From Thermoflexus sp. (GTDB taxonomy: Bacteria; Chloroflexota; Anaerolineae; Thermoflexales; Thermoflexaceae), in assembly GCA_025057635.1 (NCBI GenBank), contig JANXBD010000002.1, forward strand, positions 5,517 to 69,516: DNA of 64,000 nt, in the 5' to 3' direction. Under the pieces are notes generated by a model, which worked only from the letters and a program-made list of their open reading frames with translations, was not told the DNA's origin and searched no databases. Every line of letters starts with the position of its first letter. Position 1 is the stretch's first letter. Made by a program: the position numbers and the translations under genes. Below are positions 51,284-61,903 of the stretch, in pieces.

Positions 51284-52035
51284 GAAGCTATCACCTCCGG
51301 AGCGGGCCACCTCGTGCGAGCCACGGCTTCCAGCGCACGCGCCTGCGCGGCTAGCAGCTCCTCAATTCCCTTGCGGGCCAAAGCGAGGAGATGCTGAAAC
51401 TCTTCAGCCGTGAACGCTCGTCCCTCTCCTGTGCCCTGGATTTCCACAAAATCCCCATTCCCAGTCATCACGATATTCAAATCCACTTCAGCGACGCTAT
51501 CTTCGGCATAACAGAGATCCAGGCGAGGTTCTCCTTCGACAATCCCCGCGCTCACCGCCGCCACCGGCGTGCGTAGGACGTCGGGGGGAACGGTGCCGGC
51601 CTCAATCATGGAACGAAGGGCCAGGACCACGGCCACGTAGCCTCCAGTGATCGCCACTGTCCGGGTGCCTCCATCCGCCTGGATCACGTCGCAGTCCACA
51701 ATGAGAGTCCGCTCGCCCAGATGCTCCAAATTCAGGGCAGCTCGCAGGCTTCGGCCAATCAATCGCTGGATCTCTTTCGTGCGTCCACTCTGGAGTCCGG
51801 CCTCCCGCGGCGTTCGCGTATGGGTGCTGCGAGGCAGCATCGCGTATTCCGCGGTCAGCCAGCCTCTTCCCTGGCCCTTCAACCATGGGGGCACATTTGC
51901 CTCCACTGTGACGTTGCACAGCACACGGGTTCGCCCCGCTTCGATCAATACCGAGCCCTCCGCGTATTCTATAAAACCCAAATGAAAGCGAATGGGTCGT
52001 AAAGCGTCATTCGGACGACCATCCGGGCGCGGCAT
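51280..52035 (-). CDS. rph: Ribonuclease PH
   Basis: [34 protein letters not shown]. Confidence 0.97.
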   Translation of the reverse strand: MPRPDGRPNDALRPIRFHLGFIEYAEGSVLIEAGRTRVLCNVTVEANVPPWLKGQGRGWLTAEYAMLPRSTHTRTPREAGLQSGRTKEIQRLIGRSLRAALNLEHLGERTLIVDCDVIQADGGTRTVAITGGYVAVVLALRSMIEAGTVPPDVLRTPVAAVSAGIVEGEPRLDLCYAEDSVAEVDLNIVMTGNGDFVEIQGTGEGRAFTAEEFQHLLALARKGIEELLAAQARALEAVARTRWPAPEVIAS

Positions 52036-52199
52036 CGGACATTTCTCCTCCTAGTCATAAGATGGAACAGCGCGAGAGGTGAGCTCTCCTCTCCTTGCCT
52101 TTCCCCGGATAGAGAGGGAAGGGAAGGAGGGAATTATTCATACAGACTGGGGCGATCGCTAGGCGATTCGGGATTAGCCGAAATCGAGCCTTGATTTGC

Positions 52200-53519
52200 T
52201 CATCGTCTGGTTTGAGGGATCAATCGGAGGCGGGCGATGCGCAGACCATCCATTGCCTCCACCCGCAGGCGAACCACCCCGGCATCCACCTCGTCCCCCA
52301 CACAAGCGATCCGACCTAGCTGACCCAGCACGAACCCGGCGATGGTTTCGTAATATGGATCCTGTAGATCCAGCTGGAAGCGTTCGTTTACCTCCTGGAT
52401 GGGAAGCAGCCCGCTGATCAAGTAGGAGCCATCGGGCATGGCTACCACATCCGGCTCCGTGGGCTCCATTCGCTCATGGAGTTCCCCGACCAGCTGCTCC
52501 AGCACGTCCCGCAGCGTGACCAGGCCCAGGGTGCCGCCGAACTCGTCGACCAGGATTGCCAGGTGCTCCTCCCGCTCCTGGAACTGGCGAAGCAGATCGT
52601 CGACCCGGATGGAGTCTGGCACCACCATCACCTCGCGGCACAGGTCCTGAGCTCGAGCTGGGCGCCCCTCCCGCCAGGCTTTCAATGCCTCCCAGAGGTG
52701 CACTACTCCGATGATGTGATCCAGATCGCCCACATAGACCGGGAATTTGTCATGTCCAGTTTGTATCGCTGCATCCATGATCTGCTCCACTGGGGCATTG
52801 GCCTCAACCGCCACGATCTCCGTGCGGGGCACCATGATCTGACGAGCTGGGATCTGTCCCAGATCGAACACGGCCTCTAGGATCTCTCGGGCCTCCGGTT
52901 CTAGGACCCCTGCTTCGCCAGTCTCATCGACAATCCGCTTAAGCTCCTCGATGGTATACATCATCCCATAGCCATTCGCGGAGATCCGCAAGGCGCGCAG
53001 AACGAGATCGGTGACCCGATGGAGCACCCAGACCAGAGGGCGCAAGAGCCAATAGATCACCCGCATAGGACCTAGCGTGCTTAACAGCACTCGTTCCGAG
53101 GCCCGCAGGGTGGCGATCTTCGGGACCTGCTCTCCCAGCACAATTTGGAGGCCCAGGATGAAAGTTAGATTCAGGGCTAGGGGAAGGATTTGCAGGAGGG
53201 TGCGAACCAGCGGTGCAGGGGAGGGAAGCGCCAGCAGGCGGTTCAGCGTCGCCGAGAGGGTGCGTTCCCCAAACCATCCTAAGGCCAGCCCGACCATCGT
53301 GATCCCCACCTGCACCGTGGCCAAGATCTCGTCCCGATGCCGGGTGTCCTCCAGCCATCTCAAAGCCAGCCGGGCGGCGGGAGAGCCAGACTCAGCCAAG
53401 ACCGCGATGCGGCTCCGCCGGGCAGACACCACAGCGTATTCGACCGCGGCAAAGAAGGCGTTCAGACCGATCAACCAGAGAACCACCAGCCAGCGCAACG
53501 CTAAAGCGCTATCGTCCAT
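52200..53519 (-). CDS. CNNM/hemolysin-family protein (DUF21-CBS-CBS-CorC)
   Basis: NAFFAAVEYA, GEQVPK, IMVPR, VDEFGG..G.VT, YETIAG. Confidence 0.93.
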   Translation of the reverse strand: MDDSALALRWLVVLWLIGLNAFFAAVEYAVVSARRSRIAVLAESGSPAARLALRWLEDTRHRDEILATVQVGITMVGLALGWFGERTLSATLNRLLALPSPAPLVRTLLQILPLALNLTFILGLQIVLGEQVPKIATLRASERVLLSTLGPMRVIYWLLRPLVWVLHRVTDLVLRALRISANGYGMMYTIEELKRIVDETGEAGVLEPEAREILEAVFDLGQIPARQIMVPRTEIVAVEANAPVEQIMDAAIQTGHDKFPVYVGDLDHIIGVVHLWEALKAWREGRPARAQDLCREVMVVPDSIRVDDLLRQFQEREEHLAILVDEFGGTLGLVTLRDVLEQLVGELHERMEPTEPDVVAMPDGSYLISGLLPIQEVNERFQLDLQDPYYETIAGFVLGQLGRIACVGDEVDAGVVRLRVEAMDGLRIARLRLIPQTRR

Positions 53520-53748
53520 CCCGCGTCCCTACTCGTGCTACCCTGCCTCGGGTTTCTGAAGAGGGGGCAATCCTGTGGTGGTTTTAGGTCTATTATAAAT
53601 AAAGCGCGATCTATATGGCGTTGGCAGAGAGTATCGGTCCGCTTCCATCTGGGCTATTGAAGAGAGCCCTCCGCAACGCTTTTGCAGATAAATCTGATCT
53701 GTTCAGGGGCTGCTGAGGTTCTGGTCGTGCCCTCGTGGGTGACATAAT

Positions 53749-54351
53749 TTATGCGAGGAAGGCGCTGGGATCTCTCGATGCCATCTTCCCACCCAGCTGG
53801 TCGTTGCCCTTTATGGTGACTGGGATCCCCGCGACCATCAGCACCACCTGATCCGCTCGAGCAGCCAGCCATTGGTTTGCCCGCCCTAAGACGTCCCGAA
53901 AAAACCGGCCTGTTCGGTAAAGAGGAACCATTCCCATGCCCACCTCGTTGGAAACCCAGATCAACGTTGCCCCTTGCTGGGCACACACATCGATAATGGT
54001 CTCCAATTCATGAAGGACACGTGCCTCTATCTGATCTACGGAGGCCGATTCCTTTTCCATTTCCATCATCAGGTTCGACACCAGCAAACCAACGCAGTCT
54101 ACCACGACCACGCGGGCCTCGCCGATGGCCTCCCGGAGAGCACAGCCTACGGAACGCGGAGCTTCCAGCGTCCGCCAGTGGGGCGGACGCTGGGCCCGAT
54201 GGCGAGCGATGCGCTCGGCCATTTCTTCATCCCCAGCAGTTGCCGTAGCCACGAAAAGAACGGGTTGTCCATGCGCCTCGGCGAGCCTTTGAGCGTAAGC
54301 GCTTTTACCGCTTCGAGCACCCCCCAGGATCAGAATGATCGAACCCCTCAT
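53749..54351 (-). CDS. cobU: Adenosylcobinamide kinase / adenosylcobinamide-phosphate guanylyltransferase
   Basis: GGARSGKS, EMAERIARH, SNEVGMG, FRDVLGRANQ. Confidence 0.95.
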   Translation of the reverse strand: MRGSIILILGGARSGKSAYAQRLAEAHGQPVLFVATATAGDEEMAERIARHRAQRPPHWRTLEAPRSVGCALREAIGEARVVVVDCVGLLVSNLMMEMEKESASVDQIEARVLHELETIIDVCAQQGATLIWVSNEVGMGMVPLYRTGRFFRDVLGRANQWLAARADQVVLMVAGIPVTIKGNDQLGGKMASRDPSAFLA

Positions 54352-55105
54352 GGCCGATCGCCTCCGTCAGTGAGAGCATTAACGCTCGTGAGGCAAGGAA
54401 ATCCTCCACTGAGAACACTTCCAGAGTGATTACGCCTTCATATTTGCGGGATACCAACTCAATAAGAAGAGCCTGGAGGGAAGCCATGGGAGCGTAAAGC
54501 AGTGAACGATGATCCCGATCCGCCACCCCATGGAGGTGAAGGACTCTTATCCGCTCAAAGCGCGCCTGGAATGCTGGTAGCGGGTCTAGCTTCGCCCACC
54601 AGAGGTGCCCAATGTCCAGACACAAACTCACTGGCAACTGCTCTAGGATGGGATCTAATCGCTCTACAGGGCAATTCTCCAAATTCTCTACAGCCAACCG
54701 TGCCGGATCGCCCACTTCTTCAATCAGTTCACTTAGAGAGCAGCAGCTCGCCTCTTGCCATGCGCTCCAGTTTTCCCCCTCTGGATTCAGATGAACGATG
54801 TAGGCCCAGGGGGCTAGCGGGCGAACGCTCCGGATGACCCGTTGCGCCTTCCGGACAGACTCGGCCCGCCATTCTTTTGGGCCTCCCAATCGAAGATCCA
54901 GAGGGAGATGAACGGTATAACTCAGCGAGTGCTCGCGGCCCATCTCCCCCAGAGCATCCACCGTTGAGGGGTCCGGTAGATTGCTCATATCGGGGATCTC
55001 AAAAAGCACCAGTTCCACATCATGCACCAGACCCGCCAGCCTCCGGACGTTCGTGAGGATATCCGCGGGATACACGTAGGAAGTTGAGCCCAGGCGGAGC
55101 CTCAT
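54305..55105 (-). CDS. cbiR: Cobamide-remodelling phosphodiesterase CbiR (AP-endonuclease-2 TIM barrel)
   Basis: RLGSTSYVYP, DVELVLFE, TVHLPLD, AVEN, CLDIGH, HLHG..DH, TLEVF. Lies between cobS and cobU. Confidence 0.8.
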   Translation of the reverse strand: MRLRLGSTSYVYPADILTNVRRLAGLVHDVELVLFEIPDMSNLPDPSTVDALGEMGREHSLSYTVHLPLDLRLGGPKEWRAESVRKAQRVIRSVRPLAPWAYIVHLNPEGENWSAWQEASCCSLSELIEEVGDPARLAVENLENCPVERLDPILEQLPVSLCLDIGHLWWAKLDPLPAFQARFERIRVLHLHGVADRDHRSLLYAPMASLQALLIELVSRKYEGVITLEVFSVEDFLASRALMLSLTEAIGHEGFDHSDPGGCSKR

Positions 55106-55839
55106 CGATTCCTCCATGGGGAAAGTGCGATCAACACGATCACCTCCACGAGCTCGCACAGTGCCCCATACATGTCACCGGTGAACCCAGGAAGGCGCCG
55201 CATCACCCAGGCGGCGAAGAGCACCGTGAAGAGCCAGGCCACGATGAGAGCAATGGAGGCCACATCAGGATACGCTGCGATCATCGGGCTGAGGGTGAGG
55301 GTCGCTCCCCATAAAGTCCATCGGTGGGTTGTCTCCTTCACAGCGCTCCCGATGCCATCCGGACGTGCGACGGGATATACCACCAGGGCATACACCATTG
55401 CCCATCGCCCTAACGTAGGCGCCAGCCACAACCCCACCCAAAGGCCGGATTCGAGGCAGACAGTCAGAACCGCGTATTTAGTCAGCAGGAGCGTGGCGAC
55501 TCCCGCTGCTCCAAAGGCGCCGATGTGGGGATCCCGCAGGATCCTCAGCCGTTCCTCTGGGGAGCGGGCCCCTAAAAGCGCATCGCAGCAATCTGCAAAG
55601 CCATCCAAGTGAAGGGCGCCCGTGATAGCCAACCATAAGGCCAACACCATCGCTGCCCGAAGAGGCAGAGGGAACAGTGCCTTTCCCAGCCAATCCGCAC
55701 CGACCAGCCATAGGCCGATCATCATCCCGATGATCGGGAATGCCCAGCCTCCCCGCCCGACATCCTGAAGCGAGATCTCCTGACGTGGCAGCGGGAGGGT
55801 GGTTAGGAAGCATAACGCCGATAAAATCGAACGGAACAT
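55102..55839 (-). CDS. cobS: Cobamide synthase
   Basis: FLTTLP, TGALHLDGFADCCD, RDPHIGAFG, GFTGDMYGA. Confidence 0.95.
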   Translation of the reverse strand: MFRSILSALCFLTTLPLPRQEISLQDVGRGGWAFPIIGMMIGLWLVGADWLGKALFPLPLRAAMVLALWLAITGALHLDGFADCCDALLGARSPEERLRILRDPHIGAFGAAGVATLLLTKYAVLTVCLESGLWVGLWLAPTLGRWAMVYALVVYPVARPDGIGSAVKETTHRWTLWGATLTLSPMIAAYPDVASIALIVAWLFTVLFAAWVMRRLPGFTGDMYGALCELVEVIVLIALSPWRNR

Positions 55840-55936
55840 CTCCCACTTCCACGGCTGCTGCGATGGAGGCCCTGAATCTCTGGCTTGCTCGAGGGGAACC
55901 CGCTTGTTCAGGGGATTGCATGCCCGCTTCGGATGC

Positions 55937-57109
55937 TCATCCCTGTAAGGGGAGAGCGCCGGGATCCCGCCTATCGCTGCAGGCGAGAGGGATTCGGGCA
56001 ACGCCCAGAGCTCCTTCCAGCAGCGCAACTACACCGGCCGCCACCAGAGTATGCCCCCCGACTAGGACGATCAGAGGTGCCTGAGCTGCTGCTTCGATCC
56101 ACTCCCGAATCGTAGGATCCCGGATTTCAGAGGTCGCGAAAAGATCGGCAGCGTAACGATCCCCCGGCTTGGGCCAACAGCCAGCGGCAGCCATCCAGAC
56201 CCGGATGTCCAGCAGAGCTCCATCCGCCAATTCCCTCAGGGTTTCAAAGAAACGATAAGGGCCAACTGTCCTCAGGTAAGTATACACCAGGGATCGCACC
56301 TCACCCCGTTGCATACGGGCACTAGCCTGCATCCCTCGCTCCTCACTGAACACTCGAGTCCAGATCTGAGTGTGTTGCTCTAGGGCTGCCCAAGCCCACG
56401 AGGGGACGCGCCCCGCTAATAGCAGACGGCTCCCCGGGGTTTGTAGCAATCCCTGGATCCGCTGTATCCGCCAGGGATCCCAGCCGGTTGTTCGCACAGC
56501 TTCCCGAAGAGCGGCGGATGCCTGGGGGTGTTGCGCTGCGATCAGGGCATCCACGGGCGTGTCCAAATCGAGCAGCGAAGCCGTGGAGGGAGGCCAGACC
56601 TGAACTGGAAGCCCTTGTTCCCGGTGAAGCACCCATGCCATGGTGTTGTCTGTCAGGAGCCGGTGAGCGCATGCAAGGATCGCCTCTGCGGGGGCCACAG
56701 CGATCCAGTCGCTGGAATGCAGGTTATTCGTCAACAGGCCCTCCTCAATCCGCGCGAAGGCCCCTAGAGCGGCTTCCCAATCAGCGATGCTCATTAAAGG
56801 GCTAGCTCCCGCTCCTACATAAAGCAGACGATGAATTCGATAACGGCGGATTACCTCTGCTAAGCGAGCGCCGAACGCAAAGGGTCGATCGGCAGGATCC
56901 AGGTCGAGCTCGACGGGAAGAGGAGTTTCCGATAGCCATTCCAGATCCCTCGAATCCGGGGCAGCTAAGATGACACGGGTCGCATGCCCCGTCGCTATGA
57001 TCCGCTGGATGGTCTCTCGGGCCGCTATGCGCAAGATCCAGCCCATCTGTCGCTCCAGGTGCTGATCTCCAATGGGCCCCACCATGACTACCAAGGTCAG
57101 CTCCTTCAT
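55937..57109 (-). CDS. Hypothetical protein with CofC/nucleotidyltransferase-like N-terminal domain
   Basis: FGARL, GASPLM and LDLDTPVD resemble CofC/GT-A motifs. GAGG RBS. Confidence 0.6.
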   Translation of the reverse strand: MKELTLVVMVGPIGDQHLERQMGWILRIAARETIQRIIATGHATRVILAAPDSRDLEWLSETPLPVELDLDPADRPFAFGARLAEVIRRYRIHRLLYVGAGASPLMSIADWEAALGAFARIEEGLLTNNLHSSDWIAVAPAEAILACAHRLLTDNTMAWVLHREQGLPVQVWPPSTASLLDLDTPVDALIAAQHPQASAALREAVRTTGWDPWRIQRIQGLLQTPGSRLLLAGRVPSWAWAALEQHTQIWTRVFSEERGMQASARMQRGEVRSLVYTYLRTVGPYRFFETLRELADGALLDIRVWMAAAGCWPKPGDRYAADLFATSEIRDPTIREWIEAAAQAPLIVLVGGHTLVAAGVVALLEGALGVARIPLACSDRRDPGALPLQG

Positions 57110-57351
57110 TCGCTCCTCACCTCGCAGCAAATCACGTCTGGACAAATCAGATAGAATTATCCTGGCATACGCGCGGGATCAGAAGCCCACTGAGGTGCAG
57201 AGCGCAATCAGCCTATTCGAGCCGGGCATGAGGGCTCTCCGGCCGTTGTCTCAAACCGCGCAAGATGCCGATGTAGTGGATGGCTAAGAGGCGAACTAAC
57301 GAGGAGTATTTAGTTAGAGGGAACAATCCTCAAGCTCAGGGAAATAGGGAT

Positions 57352-58623
57352 ATGAATACAGCGCGCAGGGCTGCTACGACGTGGCCGCAATGGATCGCCC
57401 TAAACACGTATGGGCTGGCCCTGACCATGACCTCGAATATCGTCGACCCTCCTCTGCTGAGCCAGAAAGCCAGCGAGCTGGCCGGCCCGGGTTGGCAAAA
57501 TACTCTTATGGGCGGCGCGGCTTTCGTCGGTCTAATCTGGGCTGCCCTCGTCCAGCCGATCTTCGGGGCCTGGAGCGATCAGACACGCAGCCCGTGGGGA
57601 CGACGTAAGCCGTTCCTCTGGATAGGCAGTTTGTTGCTGGCCCTCGCTCTGGCTCTCCTGATTGCTGCCTCCTCCGTGCCGTTCCTTATCTTAGCTCTGC
57701 TCCTGATCCAGACCTTCTCGAATATGGTGCAAGCTGCCTATCAGGGGTTGATCCCCGATCACGTGCCGGAACATCAAAAGGGCCGGGCCTCTGGGGTGAA
57801 GGGATTAATAGAGATACCTGGTGTAGTCATTGGCTCCATGATTGCTGGCTACTTTCTGGGTCAAGGACAGATCTGGGGGCCTTATTTGGTGTTGCTGATA
57901 GTCTATCTCCTGGTCGGATGGATTGTGGCTTTTACCGTTCCCTCTCGGGCTCTAACGGAACTGCCTGCCCGTCGCCCCACGTGGATCTATCAAGCGGATT
58001 GGAATCGTGCCCCTACGTTTGCGTTCTGGCTGGCCCATCGCCTCATGTTCTGGTGGGCTCTTCTTGCCCTGCGCACCTTCCTGATTTTCTTCTTCCGGGA
58101 TGCGATGGGTCTGACCATCCAACAGGCCCACGCCCTTAACGGGGCTCTTTCCGCGATCCTGGGCTCGACGATTTTGTTGCTGATGTTGCCCTCCGGAGCA
58201 TTAGCGGATCGCTGGGGGCCGCGACCGTTGCTGTGGGGCGCGGGGATCATGGCGGGGATAGGAACTTTTGGCTTTCTCAGCGTCTCCTGGCTGTGGGGAC
58301 AGCCAGAACTTCCTGTGCTAGTGGCCGCGGCCTTGATTATTGGAATCGGTGTCGCCTTGTTCGTAGCCGCCAGCTGGACTTGGATCACACAGATTGTTCC
58401 CTCCGATGAAGCGGCTCGCTATCTGGGGCTGGGGAACATCGCCACGGCTGTCGGCAGCGCCATCGCCCGCCTAAGCGGATCAGTCATCGACGCTCTGAAC
58501 CGAGCGACGGGTAGCATGCTAGGCTATGATGTGATCTATGGCTTGGCCGGCCTGTTGTTTTTAGGCACATTGCTCCTAGCGCGTCCGCCTGCTTCGAAGG
58601 CTGGCCTTTCCGCAGCGGGCTGA
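57352..58623 (+). CDS. MFS transporter
   Basis: GAWSDQTRSPWGRRKPF, GALADRWGPR, about 12 TM. Confidence 0.92.
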   Translation: MNTARRAATTWPQWIALNTYGLALTMTSNIVDPPLLSQKASELAGPGWQNTLMGGAAFVGLIWAALVQPIFGAWSDQTRSPWGRRKPFLWIGSLLLALALALLIAASSVPFLILALLLIQTFSNMVQAAYQGLIPDHVPEHQKGRASGVKGLIEIPGVVIGSMIAGYFLGQGQIWGPYLVLLIVYLLVGWIVAFTVPSRALTELPARRPTWIYQADWNRAPTFAFWLAHRLMFWWALLALRTFLIFFFRDAMGLTIQQAHALNGALSAILGSTILLLMLPSGALADRWGPRPLLWGAGIMAGIGTFGFLSVSWLWGQPELPVLVAAALIIGIGVALFVAASWTWITQIVPSDEAARYLGLGNIATAVGSAIARLSGSVIDALNRATGSMLGYDVIYGLAGLLFLGTLLLARPPASKAGLSAAG

Positions 58624-58724
58624 TCGATCCCCCGCAGATCTGCGGGCCGGACCTTGCCCTGAAAATCTGCAGTCTTGTTTCTTGATCATAGCAAAATCAG
58701 TCAGGGAAGGCATTCCCTCATCCT

Positions 58725-59153
58725 ATGCGATGGCGTGATTGGATGGCAGCGATTCCCAAGCGGTTGGTCTTTCTTCTCCCAGATGATCTTCGGGATTTCC
58801 GATGGTCTGCTCGACCCTGGTTGGTGCAGATCTATTATCGCGATCCAGCGTTCCATTATGAGGTATGGCACCTGGGGGAGCGACGAGGTCGAGTGGAAGT
58901 CGGCCTGCATTTTGAAAGCCGAGATCCGGAGCGGAACCGAGCTGCTCTGGAGTGGGTGAGCCTTCATATCTGGGAGATCCGAGATCGTTTGGGGCCTTTT
59001 GTGGAGGCCGAACCCTGGGATCGCGGATGGGCCAAGGTGTTTGAGACCCACCCCCTTCCATCGTTAGATCCGGAAAGCCTGGAGCGCTTCGCTCAGCGCC
59101 TAGCACTCTGGATCCAGACGCTGGAGCCGATTCTTAATCGCGGTCGAGGTTAA
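58725..59153 (+). CDS. Conserved hypothetical protein
   Basis: Protein-like ORF (HYEVW, EVGLHFE, AEPWDRGW) in an otherwise unassigned gap. Confidence 0.65.
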   Translation: MRWRDWMAAIPKRLVFLLPDDLRDFRWSARPWLVQIYYRDPAFHYEVWHLGERRGRVEVGLHFESRDPERNRAALEWVSLHIWEIRDRLGPFVEAEPWDRGWAKVFETHPLPSLDPESLERFAQRLALWIQTLEPILNRGRG

Positions 59154-59305
59154 GCTGTTTCATGATTTCTGAGGGCTAAGGGGCCGAAGGCCTTCGGTAT
59201 CGACCTTGCTCTCGAATCCTGAGGCTTATCCCTCTTTTCCCTTCCTGAATCCGATAGCGGGGGAATCAAGAACGGGTTTCTCTATCCGGGATCGTCCGAC
59301 GGATC

Positions 59306-61498
59306 ATGAGCCATCTTCCGCCTTTTCTACAAGAACTGAATCCGAGCCAACGGGCGGCGGTCACCGCCCCGGACGGGCCAATCCTGGTGCTGGCTGGCCC
59401 AGGCAGTGGGAAGACGCGGGTGCTGACCCATCGGATTGCTTATCTGCTCACCGTCCGCCGCGTCTCTCCCTTTCACATCTTGGCCGTCACCTTCACCAAC
59501 AAAGCAGCGGAGGAGATGCGTTCCCGTCTGGAGGTTCTGTTCGGGGAGCGAGCCGCCGAGCTCACTTTGGGAACCTTTCATGCTATCTGTGCCCGCTTCC
59601 TGCGGCGAGAGGCCTCGCTTCTGGGGCTGAACCCCCAGTTTGTGATTTACGACGAGGAAGACCAATTAGAAGCTGTTCGCCAAGTGCTGCGGGATTTGAA
59701 TCTGGATGAGAAGCGCTACCGGCCCGGGGCGTTGCGGGCGGCCATCTCTCGGGCGAAGAACGAGTTCGTCCGCCCCGACGACTATCCCATCCGCACCTAC
59801 TTCGATGAGATTGTCGCGCGGGCTTACAGCCGCTATGAGGAACGCCTGCGCGCCGCCGGCGCCTTGGATTTCGATGACCTCCTTCTGCGGGCGGTTGAAT
59901 TATTTCAAAATCATCCGGAAGTCCTAGCTCGTTATCAGGAACGTTATCGCCATATCCTGGTGGACGAATTTCAGGATACGAACAATGTGCAGTATCTCCT
60001 GTTGCGGCAGTTGGCCAACCAACATCGCAACCTGTTCTGCGTAGGGGATGAGGATCAAAGCATCTACGGCTGGCGCGGAGCGGACTTCCGCAACATCATC
60101 CGCTTCCGGGAGCATTTCCCCGACGCTCGCATCATTGTCCTGGAGGAGAACTATCGATCTACCCAAACCATCCTAGAAGCAGCCCAGTCAGTGATCCGTT
60201 TCAACACGGAGCGGTATAACGAAAAGCGCTTGAGTGCCGCTCGGGGGCCCGGCTCCCCGATCGCTGTTTACGAGGCCTTCGATGAGGAGGACGAAGCTGC
60301 CTTCGTGGCCAGCTGGGTCCAAGAGCTCATCCAAACCCACGGGGTTCGACCTCGGGAGATTGCTGTAATGTATCGGACTAATGCCCAATCCCGGGCGCTG
60401 GAGGAGGCTTTCGTGCGGGCCGGGCTTCCCTACCGTCTGGTGGGCGGCCTTCGCTTCTATCAGCGCCGTGAGATCAAGGATCTGCTGGCTTATCTTCGGC
60501 TGATCCTGAACCCCCATGACGATCTCAGCCTAACCCGCGTCCTGAACGTGCCCCCTCGAGGGATTGGTCCCGCGACGCTCTCTAAACTGACGGCGTTGGC
60601 GCAACGTCAAAAGTCCTCCCTGTTCACTGTCATTGAACAGATCTCCGGCGGTGCCGTCCGCCTCTCCTTTCCCCATAAGATCCGTCATGCGCTGGCCGAC
60701 TTCGCCGAACGGGTTCAGGCCTGGCGAGCGATCCGGGAGGGGATGAGTGTAGCGGATTTACTGCGACAAATCATTCACGACATCGGTTACGCGGAATACT
60801 TAGAGAGCCTAGAGGGGCATGAGCCGGAGATTGGAGGACAGCGTTGGGATAACGTGCTGGAGCTGTTGCGGGTCGCCGCTCCCTACCGCCCAGGCGTATT
60901 CGAGGATCCCTTGGCGGCCTTCCTCGGCGAGGCAGCGCTGATCTCCGATGTGGATACCCTTCGGGACGATGTGGAGGCGCCCGTCCTGTTAACGCTCCAC
61001 GCCGCCAAGGGCCTGGAATTCCAGGCCGTGCTCATTACCGGTCTAGAAGAAGGGTTGCTTCCTCACAGCCGTTCCATGGATGACCCGGCTGCTCTGGAGG
61101 AGGAGCGGCGCCTATTTTACGTGGGCATGACTCGCGCTAAAGATCTTCTCGTCCTGACCTATGCCTTCCGTCGCTACGATGAGATCCGCACGTCCTCACG
61201 GTTCCTTCGGGAGATCCCGCAGGAACTGTTGACGGGCACGGCTCCTCGATCCCGGTGGAGGATCGCGTCAACCCGAGAGTCGTCCACGCGGGAAACCTCT
61301 GGGGCTTCCCCAGGAAGCCTGCGTTTCCCCCCTGGCACGCAGGTTCATCATCCCCGGTTTGGGAAAGGTCTGGTCGTGGAAAGCCGACGGGTCGGCTCAG
61401 ATGAAGAGGTGGTGGTGATGTTCGAGGAAGTTGGCCTCAAGCGGCTTCTGGCTAGCTTTGCCGGCCTGCGGATCTTTCCAGATCCCACCCGTTCATAG
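59306..61498 (+). CDS. pcrA: ATP-dependent DNA helicase PcrA/UvrD
   Basis: AGPGSGKT, TFTNKAA, VDEFQD, NYRST, HAAKGLEF, EERRLFYVGMTRA, Tudor-like C-terminus. Confidence 0.96.
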   Translation: MSHLPPFLQELNPSQRAAVTAPDGPILVLAGPGSGKTRVLTHRIAYLLTVRRVSPFHILAVTFTNKAAEEMRSRLEVLFGERAAELTLGTFHAICARFLRREASLLGLNPQFVIYDEEDQLEAVRQVLRDLNLDEKRYRPGALRAAISRAKNEFVRPDDYPIRTYFDEIVARAYSRYEERLRAAGALDFDDLLLRAVELFQNHPEVLARYQERYRHILVDEFQDTNNVQYLLLRQLANQHRNLFCVGDEDQSIYGWRGADFRNIIRFREHFPDARIIVLEENYRSTQTILEAAQSVIRFNTERYNEKRLSAARGPGSPIAVYEAFDEEDEAAFVASWVQELIQTHGVRPREIAVMYRTNAQSRALEEAFVRAGLPYRLVGGLRFYQRREIKDLLAYLRLILNPHDDLSLTRVLNVPPRGIGPATLSKLTALAQRQKSSLFTVIEQISGGAVRLSFPHKIRHALADFAERVQAWRAIREGMSVADLLRQIIHDIGYAEYLESLEGHEPEIGGQRWDNVLELLRVAAPYRPGVFEDPLAAFLGEAALISDVDTLRDDVEAPVLLTLHAAKGLEFQAVLITGLEEGLLPHSRSMDDPAALEEERRLFYVGMTRAKDLLVLTYAFRRYDEIRTSSRFLREIPQELLTGTAPRSRWRIASTRESSTRETSGASPGSLRFPPGTQVHHPRFGKGLVVESRRVGSDEEVVVMFEEVGLKRLLASFAGLRIFPDPTRS

Positions 61499-61699
61499 GG
61501 GCAGGCCCCTGCGCCTAGCCTCTCTATCTGCCCCCGGCCTCTGTGCCCGCCACCGAGTATGTTTGCTCTAGATCCATACGGCCGCCTCCCTAGGGGGATA
61601 TGAGCGACTACCGACTACATTATTGCAATCGGACTGACTTTCCCCAACAGCGCCTCCATTCGCTTCGGCCGGTGATACCGCAAGCCCTCACAACGCCCG

Positions 61700-61903
61700 C
61701 CAAGTCTCAACAGGCAATCTGCGCAGCGATCTAATCCGCATGGGATCCATCTCCCACTCTATTTCCCTTACTTAACTTGGGGATGGCTCGAACACTAGCG
61801 TGAACCCACCAGGCGAGGAAGGCCGTGCTTCTCGCGTCGCTAGTAGGGCCACGACCACCAGCAAAAGGGCGATCAGAGCTGCCAAAAAGCCTGTGCGTTT
61901 CAT
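61700..61903 (-). pseudogene. Decayed third paralogue of the secreted-protein array
   Basis: MKRTGFLAALIALLLVVVALLATR matches the 62642 gene start. Stop at 61772-61774, with degraded homology (EMDP) beyond. Confidence 0.75.

Noticed and set aside
55840-55936. Possible cobalamin riboswitch before cobS
   Set aside because: Only a weak AAGCCAGAGA resemblance; the gap is too short and lacks the conserved core
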